Of a stretch of DNA of 64,000 nucleotides, positions 18,803 through 27,772 are shown one piece after another (the stretch's first letter is position 1; the number at the start of each line of letters is the position of its first letter). The notes under the pieces were generated by a model. It did not search any database and was not told the origin of the DNA. It was given only the letters and a program-made list of their open reading frames with translations. The position numbers were made by a program, and so were the translations under genes. The stretch is from Candidatus Latescibacterota bacterium. GTDB taxonomy: Bacteria; Latescibacterota; UBA2968; GCA-2709665. The DNA lies in NCBI GenBank assembly GCA_965248435.1, contig OZ252100.1, forward strand, positions 5,056,001 to 5,120,000, read 5' to 3'.

Positions 18803-18847
18803 TGGCACAGGTTTTGCGATGTGATAATGATGTGATAAGAATGTGAT
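18803..18847 (+). promoter_or_regulatory. Sigma54-like promoter followed by three ATGTGAT direct repeats at 11-bp period
   Basis: TGGCAC-AGGTT-TTGC at 18803-18817; ATGTGAT at 18819, 18830 and 18841. Confidence 0.6.
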
Positions 18848-18903
18848 CAGGCAGGCGAAGTCGGCGATGGCACATCCTTCTGTATCTCATACGGGACAGT
18901 CCC

Positions 18904-19347
18904 ATGGGAAAGTTAATTCCGATTCTGCTGCTCTTGACGCTCGCCGGATGCGGCGTCGTGGATCCGACCCTCCTCGGGGGTCCGGTCGCCGAGGGGCTGG
19001 CGACGAGCGAACTCGTGAATGCCTCCGTTATCGTCCTTCAAGATGAAGGGTATACGGTGATCACGGCAGATTCGGAGGCCGGGGTTGTGACGACAGATTG
19101 GCGAGCAGAGTCGAGCTTCGCCGGACAGCTCCTTCTTCAAGAGTCGCACCGAACCCGAATTTCGGTTGTCGTGGATCTGTCTACGCACAATCTCAGCGTT
19201 CAGATGACGAGGCAGGTGAAGGACGGGGACGCCCCCTGGCGAAACCGGGGGCTCACGGGGAAAGACAATTCACGGCTCCGGTCTATCCTCTCTCGCATAC
19301 AGGCTCGCTCTTGGGACCTGACCGAGCGGAAAGATGGAAACCTCTGA
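18904..19347 (+). CDS. Hypothetical lipoprotein
   Basis: LAGC lipobox; GYTVITADSEAGVVTTDW motif reminiscent of BamC/DUF3576-like lipoproteins. Confidence 0.7.
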   Translation: MGKLIPILLLLTLAGCGVVDPTLLGGPVAEGLATSELVNASVIVLQDEGYTVITADSEAGVVTTDWRAESSFAGQLLLQESHRTRISVVVDLSTHNLSVQMTRQVKDGDAPWRNRGLTGKDNSRLRSILSRIQARSWDLTERKDGNL

Positions 19348-19365
19348 TGGATTTCTTAAAATCGG

Positions 19366-19395
19366 TTGACAAGGATCGGAACGCAGGTCTATATT
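19366..19395 (+). promoter_or_regulatory. Sigma70-like promoter upstream of the HD-GYP gene
   Basis: TTGACA-18 bp-TATATT. Confidence 0.5.
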
Positions 19396-19557
19396 AAACA
19401 AAGTTCGGGGGTTTCAAGTGGGTCACGAAGTGTCGGGGGTAAACACGGTATAACGCCAAATACTGTTCCGAGGTCTAATGGCTGAGCTCTGTCCTGAGAT
19501 GAGGGAGACGAATTCGGCCGTTTTTGTTTTGGGTATCAGAATGAAACCTGAGGCACG

Positions 19558-20799
19558 ATGAAGAAGAAAATCAATATCGACCAGCTCAAGGTCGGCATGT
19601 TCATGGAGGCAGACGTCAAGGAGGGCGGCAAGAGCAAGGGCTCGTCCAACAAGAACGTCCTGCTGCTGGGCAAGGGGATGCTGGTCACCTCAGAGAATCA
19701 GATCCGACGTCTGAAAGAGGCGGGCCTCGGAGAGGTGACCATCGACACGACCAAGGGGGCCGACGCGCCAGGCGGAAGGCCGGTTTCGGCTGCTGTTCCC
19801 CAGATGCCCCGGGAGCCCAAGAAAAAGCCTCCCCCTCCAGGTCGCGAGGCCCATTACAAGGATGAGCTCAAGGTTGCGCGGGCGACCCGGGCTGCCGCCA
19901 CAAAAGCGGTGAAGGAGACCCTGACGAGCGTGGCCATGGGCGGATCGATGGACAAGCAGAAGATCGATGCGGCCGGAAAACTGATCACCAAGAGCGTGAT
20001 GCGGAACGTGGACGCCATGGTGGGGTTGACTCGAATCAAGGAGCACGACGCCTACACGGCGACCCACTGCATCAACGTGTGCGTCCTGGTTCTGGCCGTG
20101 CTGCACGCCGAGGGCGTGGATGAAGAAACGGCGGAGACGGTGGCCACCGCGGCGCTGCTGCACGATATCGGCAAGACGAAGGTGCCGCTCGAGATCCTGA
20201 ACAAACCGGGCCGCTTCGAGCCGCACGAGCTGGAAGAGATGCGGAAACACACGGTCTACAGCGAGGAGATCCTGCGGGAGATGTCGGGCATTACGGAAGA
20301 AGGCTTCTTTATCGCCACGCAGCACCACGAAATGCTGAATGGCAGCGGCTACCCCCATAGCCTGAAGGGTGGCGAGATCCACCGACTCGGGCAGATTACC
20401 GCGATATCCGATGTCTACGATGCGCTGACGTCAGCGCGTGTTTACAAACCGGCGTTGACGCCCCATACCGCGCTCAGCCGGATCTACGGAAACCGGGACA
20501 AGGAGTTTCGGAGCGATGTCGTCGAACTCTTTATCAAGGCTCTGGGTCTCTATCCTGTCAGCAGCCTTGTGGCCTTGAATACGGGCGAAGTCGGCGTGGT
20601 CTGCGAACCCAATCCGGAGGATTCGCGCCAGCCCAAAGTCGGAGTGATTATCACGCGATACAAGAAGCGGCGGGCGACGCCGTTGGTCGTGGACCTTGCG
20701 GACCCTCACGCATCTGAGGAGCGAAAGATCATTAAAGTGATGGATCCCGAAAAATATAACGTGGACATCGAAAAAATCCTCAAGATGTCGACGGGTTGA
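19558..20799 (+). CDS. HD-GYP cyclic-di-GMP phosphodiesterase with an N-terminal DUF3391-like domain
   Basis: KKINIDQLKVGMF, YTATHC, LHDIGK, HHEMLNGSGYP, DVYDALTSARVYK and GLYPVSSLV. Confidence 0.9.
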   Translation: MKKKINIDQLKVGMFMEADVKEGGKSKGSSNKNVLLLGKGMLVTSENQIRRLKEAGLGEVTIDTTKGADAPGGRPVSAAVPQMPREPKKKPPPPGREAHYKDELKVARATRAAATKAVKETLTSVAMGGSMDKQKIDAAGKLITKSVMRNVDAMVGLTRIKEHDAYTATHCINVCVLVLAVLHAEGVDEETAETVATAALLHDIGKTKVPLEILNKPGRFEPHELEEMRKHTVYSEEILREMSGITEEGFFIATQHHEMLNGSGYPHSLKGGEIHRLGQITAISDVYDALTSARVYKPALTPHTALSRIYGNRDKEFRSDVVELFIKALGLYPVSSLVALNTGEVGVVCEPNPEDSRQPKVGVIITRYKKRRATPLVVDLADPHASEERKIIKVMDPEKYNVDIEKILKMSTG

Positions 20800-20836
20800 G
20801 TTCGTTCAGCGACCCGCGACCCCTTCCAACTTCTGA

Positions 20837-21871
20837 CTACCCTTTCAACGTCTGCTGACGTCTTCTGCGGGCCAGTTCGCGCATGTCGGTGACCTGGTCG
20901 AACTCGTCGACGATTTCCCTTCCCAAAATTTCTTCCAGTACATCTTCCAACGTCAGTACGCCGGCCAACCCCCCGAACTCGTCGATCACGATGAACAGGT
21001 GCTGGCGGCGTTCCAGGAACATTTTGAGGATTCTGTCCAGCGTCGTCGACTCGGAGACGAAGTGCACCGGCCGCATGAGTTCGGAGAGTTTCACGTTTCC
21101 GCGGCCTTCCGCCCTCGCGGAGAGCGCGTCCCGTCGAAGGACGATTCCAACGATGTCTTCAAACTCTTTGTCGTAGACCGGTACTCGACTGTGTTCCCAG
21201 ATTCCGGATTCTTCGTGGGCCTCATCCACCGAAAGCTGGTCGCTGAGGCCAAAGACGACGGTTCTGGGGGTCATCGCGTCTCGCGCGGCCTTGGATTTGA
21301 GGGAGAGGATGTTTTGAATCACCCTCGCCTCATCGGCATCTATGACCCCGGCGCGATGTCCTGCAAGCGCCATCGAAACGACTTCATCTCCGGATATGAC
21401 ATCATCGGTCTTACCACGAGAAATCATCCGCGTGACGATCCTGAGCACGGAGACCAGCGGTGTGAAGATCCAGACCAGGGCCAGAAGCGGACGGGCAATG
21501 AATCCAGACAGCGGGCGATTGTAGACGACCCCCACGGTCTTCGGCAGCACTTCGGAAAAGAACAGCACGGAGAACGTGATGCCGATCGTGAAATAGACCT
21601 CCCACTCAGGTCCGAACACCTTGATGAACGCCACGCCCGCGATGAATGCGCCGCCCGTGTTCGCGATGGTATTGAGCGACAGGATGGCGGAAATCGGCCG
21701 GTCTACGTTTTCACTTTTCCTGAGCCTGCGCAGGATCTGACCCGACGTTCGCCCCGCCTGTGCCAGCGACTCGATATGGCTGAAGGGAACGGAATAGAGG
21801 ACCGCTTCGAACAGGGAACAGAGTGCGGAGATGATAATGACGGCGCTTACCGCCAGGATCAGTTCGGTCAT
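20837..21871 (-). CDS. CNNM/DUF21-CBS (HlyC/CorC family) membrane protein
   Basis: SALCSLFEA, ILSLNTIAN, FSEVLPK, MTPR, HSRVPVY and VIDEFGGLAGVLTLEDVLEE. Confidence 0.9.
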   Translation of the reverse strand: MTELILAVSAVIIISALCSLFEAVLYSVPFSHIESLAQAGRTSGQILRRLRKSENVDRPISAILSLNTIANTGGAFIAGVAFIKVFGPEWEVYFTIGITFSVLFFSEVLPKTVGVVYNRPLSGFIARPLLALVWIFTPLVSVLRIVTRMISRGKTDDVISGDEVVSMALAGHRAGVIDADEARVIQNILSLKSKAARDAMTPRTVVFGLSDQLSVDEAHEESGIWEHSRVPVYDKEFEDIVGIVLRRDALSARAEGRGNVKLSELMRPVHFVSESTTLDRILKMFLERRQHLFIVIDEFGGLAGVLTLEDVLEEILGREIVDEFDQVTDMRELARRRRQQTLKG

Positions 21872-22069
21872 CGTTTTTGCCTCGCTGTCTGAGACTGGGT
21901 CCGGAGATCGGCTGCAGGTTGATCCGATCGATCTTGAGTGGAGTTCACACGATCTCTATAAGGGATCTAGAGGTCGAGGTCAAGGGCTTTCAACCCCGTG
22001 CCCGGGCCGGGCCTGTGGCCGAAATCCGAGTTTTTGCTTGCCCGGTATTGCTCGGATTGGTAACTTTTT

Positions 22070-22453
22070 ATGGCACTTAAACCCTTTGACCGATCGAGAT
22101 TTATGTCAGGCATCAGATACGATACCGTTTTAGAGCGCTGTTTCCCGGATACGGAGCAGATCCTCATGTCGTTTATTTGGAAGCACGTCCTCGGCGTGAA
22201 TGGTGGACCTCCCTTCAAGCCGGACCGTCCCGATCCCATTCGGCTCGCCCAGGTGAAGGATGTGATGGAGACGGTCGTTTCGGGCCGGAAATACGAGGTC
22301 CTGCTCCTCCGCCTTCAAGGCAAGACCGTGGGCGAGATCGCGATGCTTCTTTCGATTTCAAAGAGCTCCGTGAGGAGCCACTACCGCGGTGCCGTCATTC
22401 AGGTGCGAAGGGCGATTGGACTCGAACCCGCTGTGTTTTCTCCTCCCGCTTAA
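22070..22453 (+). CDS. Small protein with a sigma70 region 4-like HTH
   Basis: RKYEVLLLRLQGKTVGEIAMLLSISKSSVRSHYRGA; no region 2 recognisable. Confidence 0.65.
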   Translation: MALKPFDRSRFMSGIRYDTVLERCFPDTEQILMSFIWKHVLGVNGGPPFKPDRPDPIRLAQVKDVMETVVSGRKYEVLLLRLQGKTVGEIAMLLSISKSSVRSHYRGAVIQVRRAIGLEPAVFSPPA

Positions 22454-22503
22454 TTTCCTTCCGAAGCCTTCCTTTTTACCCACCTCTTTTTCTTCACTGT
22501 TAC

Positions 22504-23028
22504 ATGCCGGGTACCGGGAAATCAAAACACGGGTATCGGGTACCGCAAAACCGGGCATCTTGGATCGTGATTCGTAATCGAAACTACTCGCGATCTAAAT
22601 GACCCGTAGGGGCAGGCCTCCGCGCCTGCCCTTAAATCTTTCACCAAGTAAATGACACCCCCGGTACCCGGTACCGGAATGCCGGGTACCGGGAAACCAA
22701 AACACGGGTATCGGGTACCGCAAAACCAGGCATCTTGGATCGTGATTCGTAGTCGAAACTAGCCGCGATCTAAATGACCTGTAGGGGCAGGCCTCCGCGC
22801 CTGCCCTTAAATCTTTCACCAAGTAAATGACACCCCCGGTACCCGGTACCCAGAATGCCGGGTACCGGGAAATCAAAACACGGGTATCGGGTACCGCAAA
22901 ACCGGGCATCTTGGATCGTGATTCGTAATCGAAACTACTCGCGATCTAAATGACCCGTAGGGGCAGGCCTCCGCGCCTGCCCTTAAATCTTTCACCAAGT
23001 AAATGACACCCCACGGTACCCGGTACCC
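22504..23028 (+). repeat. Three near-identical tandem copies of a 175/176-bp composite unit
   Basis: Units start at 22504, 22679 and 22855; each has the GGTACC element, CGTGATT-type heptamers and a GTAG-REP hairpin (gtaggggcaggcctccgcgcctgccc). Confidence 0.95.
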
Positions 23029-23060
23029 GAACCCCGGTACCCGGTCCGTGCGAGATTTTC

Positions 23061-24074
23061 TCAAAAGGCGACGTCGCTTCTGCGGGAAAGCAAAAAGAGG
23101 AAGAAGGGACAACCCAGCGCAGAGGTGATGATCCCGATGGGGATCTCTGACGGGGCCGCGAGGATTCGAGCGAGGATGTCCGCGAGGACCATCAGGAGCG
23201 CGCCCGCGAGGGCCGACACCGGGATGAGCCGGAAATGGTCGGGTCCGACGACCAGGCGGACGAGGTGGGGGACGACCAGGCCGACGAACCCGATCAGGCC
23301 GCTGACGGAGACCGCGGCGGCGGCGAGGAGGGCAGAGGCCCCGAGTACCATTCGTTTGACGCCCTCGACCTCCACTCCGGTGTGATGGGCCGTCTCTTCT
23401 CCCAGGAGGAGGAGGTTCAGGTCTCTCGCGTAGGCCCAGATCACGGCGATTCCAAACGCGACGTAGGGGAGGATCATCTGGACGTGGTCCCAGCGTCTGG
23501 ACGAGAGGCTGCCCAGCAGCCAGAAGAGGATGAGCCTCAGGTCTTCGTCTCCAAGGATCATCAGGAAGGAGGTCCCTGCTGCGGCCAGGGCGCCGACAGC
23601 GACGCCGATCAGGAGGAGCAGGGTGACCGGCACGCGTCCGCCGCGAAGGGCGAGGGCGTAGACCAGAAAGGTGACAGAGAGGGCGCCCGCGAAGGCGAGG
23701 ATCGGCGTGGCGCTCAGCCCGGCGAACCAGAAGTCGATGTGCAGCACCATCCCGATCGTGGCCCCGAAGGCGGCGCCGGAAGAGACGCCCACGATGTAGG
23801 GATCGGCCATCGGGTTCCGGAAAAACCCCTGCATGGCCGCGCCGGCCACGGCCAGGGCGGCCCCGATCAGGATGCCGAGGATCAGACGTGGGAGCCGGAT
23901 GTCGCGAACGATCGTGCCGGCCGGTCCTTCCAGCTTTTCGCCGGTGAGGATTCCGGCCACGTCCCGGAGGGGGATCTCGGCCGTGCCGACCCCGAGCGAG
24001 AGCAGACCCGAGCCGGCGAGCAGGAGGATCAGGATGGGGACGATCAGCGCCGGCCTTTGCCAGATGCGTGTCAT
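23061..24074 (-). CDS. btuC: Cobalamin/iron-chelate ABC transporter permease (FecCD/BtuC family)
   Basis: IRLPR, QGFFRNPMADPYIVGVSSGA and GLIGFVGLVVPH; downstream of a B12 riboswitch. Confidence 0.85.
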   Translation of the reverse strand: MTRIWQRPALIVPILILLLAGSGLLSLGVGTAEIPLRDVAGILTGEKLEGPAGTIVRDIRLPRLILGILIGAALAVAGAAMQGFFRNPMADPYIVGVSSGAAFGATIGMVLHIDFWFAGLSATPILAFAGALSVTFLVYALALRGGRVPVTLLLLIGVAVGALAAAGTSFLMILGDEDLRLILFWLLGSLSSRRWDHVQMILPYVAFGIAVIWAYARDLNLLLLGEETAHHTGVEVEGVKRMVLGASALLAAAAVSVSGLIGFVGLVVPHLVRLVVGPDHFRLIPVSALAGALLMVLADILARILAAPSEIPIGIITSALGCPFFLFLLSRRSDVAF

Positions 24075-24982
24075 TTCTTGAATCTGCCGGGGTGAAGGAG
24101 GGCCGCGAGGCGCTCGAGGCCGTCCACGAGGCGGGGTCCGGGCCGGCCCAGGAGATCGAGATCCAGGTGATAGATCCGACCCGTCTTCACGGCATCGATC
24201 GTTTTCCAGCCTGACGTCTCTCTGAGTCTGGCGATGTCCTTCGGGATGCTCTCGGGAGACTCGACAGAAACGATTATGACTTCCGGATTCCGGTCGACGA
24301 CGGTTTCCAGGCCGATTTGCGGCCAGGTGTTTCCAGATCCGATGATGTTCACGCCTCCAGCCGCGCGAATGAGGTCATCGATGAAGCTCCCCGGGCCGGC
24401 CGAGTAGAACGGAGCGGCCAGCCGGCCCCAGATGACGCGGGGACGGTCCTCCTGACCGATCGCCGACACGATCTTCCGCACGGCCTCGATCCTGCTCTCC
24501 AGCTGCTTTATCAGACGGGACGTGGCGTCCTCTTCTCCGATGAGCCGTCCGGTCTGCCGGATGACCCGGATCGTCTCCTCCAGAGTAGAAGGGGCCAGGA
24601 CGAAGACCGGGATGTCGAAGCGCTTGAGACTCTCCAGGGCCTCGAGGGGGTTCAAACGCGCGGCGACGACGAGGTCGGGCTGTACGGAGACGATGAGCTC
24701 CAGGCTCGCGTCCGAGAAGCCCCCGATTCGGGGCAGGTGCTCGACCTCAGGTGGATAATCACAGTAGTTCGTCACAGCCACGATCCGGTCCCCGGCGCCG
24801 AGGGCGAACAGGATTTCGGTGTTGCTCGGGGCCAGAGAGACGATGCGCTCCGGATAGGCGTTCAGGGTGATCCGGTCGCCCAACGCGTCTGTGGCCTCGA
24901 TGGGGAGGTCTGCGACGGCAGGAGCACTGGCGGCCAGGATCAGGGTGATGATTACATGTATACGGAGAGGCATGTTGTTCAT
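24071..24982 (-). CDS. btuF: Cobalamin-binding periplasmic protein
   Basis: RIVSLAPSNTEILFALG, CDYPPE, GPGSFIDDLIRAAGG and RPGPRL. Confidence 0.85.
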   Translation of the reverse strand: MNNMPLRIHVIITLILAASAPAVADLPIEATDALGDRITLNAYPERIVSLAPSNTEILFALGAGDRIVAVTNYCDYPPEVEHLPRIGGFSDASLELIVSVQPDLVVAARLNPLEALESLKRFDIPVFVLAPSTLEETIRVIRQTGRLIGEEDATSRLIKQLESRIEAVRKIVSAIGQEDRPRVIWGRLAAPFYSAGPGSFIDDLIRAAGGVNIIGSGNTWPQIGLETVVDRNPEVIIVSVESPESIPKDIARLRETSGWKTIDAVKTGRIYHLDLDLLGRPGPRLVDGLERLAALLHPGRFKK

Positions 24983-25053
24983 CCGTTCATCAATTGCGGA
25001 TTGCGGACCGAACTTGCCGCCGCACGGCTTGACCATCAGAGTCCTGGCGCCGG

Positions 25054-25164
25054 ACCCACCCCTAAATCCCCTCCAAGGAGGGGACTTTCGTATTCACTGA
25101 GTTTACCCACATGGTCACTCAAAATCCCCTCCTGGGAGGGGTGCCCCGCAGGGGTGGGGTGGGT
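25054..25164. repeat. Palindromic intergenic element (ACCCACCCC...CCCCTCC-GGAGGGG...GGGGTGGGT)
   Basis: Terminal inverted repeats and two internal CCCCTCC-n-GGAGGGG hairpins; related half copy at 16151-16230. Confidence 0.75.
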
Positions 25165-25168
25165 TCTA

Positions 25169-25954
25169 TCACCCAGCATCGCGCGCCGCAAACGGCGTGA
25201 TCTGCGGAAATCCGCTGACCGGATTCGACTGCACGACGGCGTCGACGCCGTAGACATTCCGGATATGTTCCGGAGTGAGGATCTCTTCCGGCGGCCCCGA
25301 TGCAACGACGCGGCCTCCCTCCATCAGCATCAGGCGCTCGCAGTAGGCGGAGGCCAGGTTCAGGTCGTGTGACACGCAGAGGAGGGTCGTGTCCTGGGCC
25401 GTGTTGAGGTGCCTGAGGAGCTCGAAGACCTCGATCTGATGCCCGATGTCCAGGTGGCTGTCCGGCTCGTCCAGCAAGAGGAGCACAGGTTCCTGGGCCA
25501 GGGCCCGGGCGATGACAGCCCGCTGGCGCTCCCCGCCCGAGAGCTCGGTGACCTTGCGATCTCTCAGGTCGAGCAGATCGGTCTGTCGGAGGGTCTCCAT
25601 CGCCAGGTCGTGGTCGTGGCTCGACGCGCGCTGAAAGCGCTTCAGGTGGGGCGTTCTGCCCATCAGGACCATCTCCAGGACAGAGAACTCGAACAGGAGC
25701 ACGGTATCCTGGGGGATGACGGCGATTTGCCTCGCCACCTCGCGCCGCGAGAGGCCGCCGATTTCGCGGCCGTTGAGCGTCACGGCGCCGGCCGGCGCCT
25801 TCAGGAGGCCGGTGAGGGCGCGCAGGAGGGTGCTCTTCCCGCAGCCGTTCGGGCCGATGACCCCGACGAAGTCGCCGGGCGAGAGGCTGAAACTGACGTT
25901 GCGCAGAACAGGGTCAGCGCCGTACCCGCACGTTAAATTTCTGACGTTTAACAT
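25169..25954 (-). CDS. btuD: Cobalamin/iron-chelate ABC transporter ATPase
   Basis: GPNGCGKST, LSGGERQR, LLLDEP and SHDLNLA; start MLNVRNL at 25954. Confidence 0.85.
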   Translation of the reverse strand: MLNVRNLTCGYGADPVLRNVSFSLSPGDFVGVIGPNGCGKSTLLRALTGLLKAPAGAVTLNGREIGGLSRREVARQIAVIPQDTVLLFEFSVLEMVLMGRTPHLKRFQRASSHDHDLAMETLRQTDLLDLRDRKVTELSGGERQRAVIARALAQEPVLLLLDEPDSHLDIGHQIEVFELLRHLNTAQDTTLLCVSHDLNLASAYCERLMLMEGGRVVASGPPEEILTPEHIRNVYGVDAVVQSNPVSGFPQITPFAARDAG

Positions 25955-25972
25955 CGCGTATTTCGTGACACT

Positions 25973-26019
25973 GTAGAGACGCCCCGGTGGGGCGTCTCCC
26001 CCCGGTGGGGCGTCTCTAC
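25973..26019. repeat. GTAG-family REP doublet
   Basis: gtagagacgccccggtggggcgtctc followed by inverted ccggtggggcgtctctac; related copy at 31913-31939. Confidence 0.75.
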
Positions 26020-26055
26020 CACGTGGTAAATCGGAAAACCCATTACGACCACGGC

Positions 26056-26100
26056 AAAACAAAAACCCGGGCCATTCGAAAGGCGCCGGGTTTGATTTTT
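26056..26100 (-). terminator. Riboswitch-controlled intrinsic terminator (attenuator)
   Basis: Minus strand aaacccggcgcc-tttcgaat-ggcccgggtttttgttttg between the aptamer and btuD. Confidence 0.7.
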
Positions 26101-26146
26101 TGTGCGAAATCGCCCGCGCTCTTCCCTCGAAGGCGGTTGGGTTCTT

Positions 26147-26327
26147 CGCGTCAGGGCAGGTCTCCTGGCTTTCGACGGCCGCTCCCGGCCTTCCCGGTCT
26201 TGAATGACCAGTGGCTATCCGCGAGAGGGCCTGACGTCGATCACAGTGGCGGGGCCACGCCGGATTCTCACCGGCTTCCCTATTCTCCGGATTGGACGAA
26301 CTGTCCTTCCGGCACCAGTGACGCAGG
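26147..26327 (-). ncRNA. Cobalamin riboswitch
   Basis: Minus strand GGTGCC...AATAGGGAAGCCGGTGAGAATCCGGCGTGGCCCCGCCACTGTG...GGGAAGG...AGCCAGGAGACCTGCC (B12 box), upstream of btu-like genes. Confidence 0.95.
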
Positions 26328-26672
26328 TGCGACAAATATAGGAGTAACCGACTGTTTCTCAAAGTGCTTTCTCGAAGAGCACCCGCCCGATCTCAGAGAT
26401 CTCGAATCGAACAGTTTCAAAGGAATTGTGCCCTACATGACCGTGCCCTATATTGCTCCCTCAAATTGCTCAGAACAAAATGTTGAGAATATTAGCAGAA
26501 GCTCCAATTTTGGTGTAAATGGTCACATACTGAAAGTCGCACATAACCTAACTTACAGGTTAGGTGAATACCATTTAGCACACCGTACGCAGTCCGTGCC
26601 CAGGTGGTCACGGGGTCGTACCCGGTAGGAGCCGTCTCCAGACGGCGAACAGTTCATCAGAAGGGAGGGTTT

Positions 26673-27743
26673 ATGAAACGCGTCTTTCTTTTCGCAGTAT
26701 TCTTATTGATTCCACTTGGCCTGGTTGTGGCCCAGGAGCAGACGGCCCCTGGTCCACCGGTCCGAGTGGACTTCGAGGGCATCCATCCGTTCGAGGCGCC
26801 GTCGGCTGGTGGGCCCATCGAGATCGGCCCTCCGCTGCGCGTAGACTTCGAGGGAAGCCATCCGCTGTCGACCTCTTCTGGTGAGGCCGCAGGGCCTTCT
26901 GAGATGGGTGGCCTGGAGCGAGTGGATTTCGAAGGGACACATCCGGCCCCGGCCGGATCGCAGCAGGCAGTCGGACCCCGTGGGGGGGGTCCGTCAGGGA
27001 CCGCGGCTCAAGGCGGTCAGGCGAGTGGAGCTGCAGGTCAGCCCCAGGGGGGTGCATCTGCGAGCGGCACGCAGCCGGGTGGACAGGCGGGCATCGGCCC
27101 CGCCGGGCAGGCCGGCCAACAACCGCCGGGACCCCCTGGGATCGGACAGAAGCCTCAGCCAGGAAAGACACCGCCTCATCCGAGGCCTCCCGGGCGCGTC
27201 GCACCCAAGCCTCCTCCAAGCAGTGCCGGACGCGCCCCTAAGTCGGTTAGGCCGCCCCGTCCCCGCTTCGGACCAAAGCCTCCCCCTCAGAGGAAAGAGC
27301 CTCCAAAGCCGGGACCCTCGAATGTGAGGGGCGGTCGGCCTCCGGCTCCTGCCTCTTCAGCGCTGCGTCCTCCTTCGCGTTCCCCGCAGCCCGGGCGCCC
27401 GGGGGCTCCTCTGCAGCCGGGGACCGCAGGGATTCAAGGGAAGGTTGTCATCAAGGGGTATAAGCACGACGGCCCCTGCCCAAAGAAGAACGGGCCGTTA
27501 GTGATTAACGGCCGTGGATTCGGGCGAGGTCCCGGTGCCTATCGCCTGATGCTGGTCCTGGATGGGACGCGAACCAAGCTTTCGCTGCCCATAAGGCGCT
27601 GGTCAGACAATCAGATCGAGACCTTCATACCTAACAATCCGAGAATACGGTCGGGTGACAGGTTTACCTACTACGTCGGACTGCAGGACCGACGTGGAAA
27701 CTGGGCCAGCAACACGGACAAGAAATTCACGATCTGTCAATAA
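26673..27743 (+). CDS. Secreted Pro/Gly-rich protein with three RVDFEGxHP repeats and a C-terminal IPT/TIG-like domain
   Basis: GGAGG RBS, signal peptide, repeats, low-complexity linker and LVINGRGFG...RWSDNQIETFIP. Confidence 0.7.
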   Translation: MKRVFLFAVFLLIPLGLVVAQEQTAPGPPVRVDFEGIHPFEAPSAGGPIEIGPPLRVDFEGSHPLSTSSGEAAGPSEMGGLERVDFEGTHPAPAGSQQAVGPRGGGPSGTAAQGGQASGAAGQPQGGASASGTQPGGQAGIGPAGQAGQQPPGPPGIGQKPQPGKTPPHPRPPGRVAPKPPPSSAGRAPKSVRPPRPRFGPKPPPQRKEPPKPGPSNVRGGRPPAPASSALRPPSRSPQPGRPGAPLQPGTAGIQGKVVIKGYKHDGPCPKKNGPLVINGRGFGRGPGAYRLMLVLDGTRTKLSLPIRRWSDNQIETFIPNNPRIRSGDRFTYYVGLQDRRGNWASNTDKKFTICQ

Positions 27744-27772
27744 GATTCGCAATCCAAGAGGAGGTTGTGACT

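Noticed and set aside
19396-19557. c-di-GMP riboswitch upstream of the HD-GYP gene
   Set aside because: Could not find the conserved GEMM-I or class II motifs in the leader
22504-23028. Possible CRISPR array
   Set aside because: Whole 175-bp units are near-identical, so there are no unique spacers, and no cas genes are in the window
22358-23112. Small ORFs (MPGFAVPDTRVLISRYPA...) in the array
   Set aside because: They are translations of the DNA repeat, with no RBS or protein-like features
25955-26362. 136-aa N-terminal extension of the ABC ATPase
   Set aside because: It runs through the cobalamin riboswitch, terminator and REP; the real start is most likely ATG 25954
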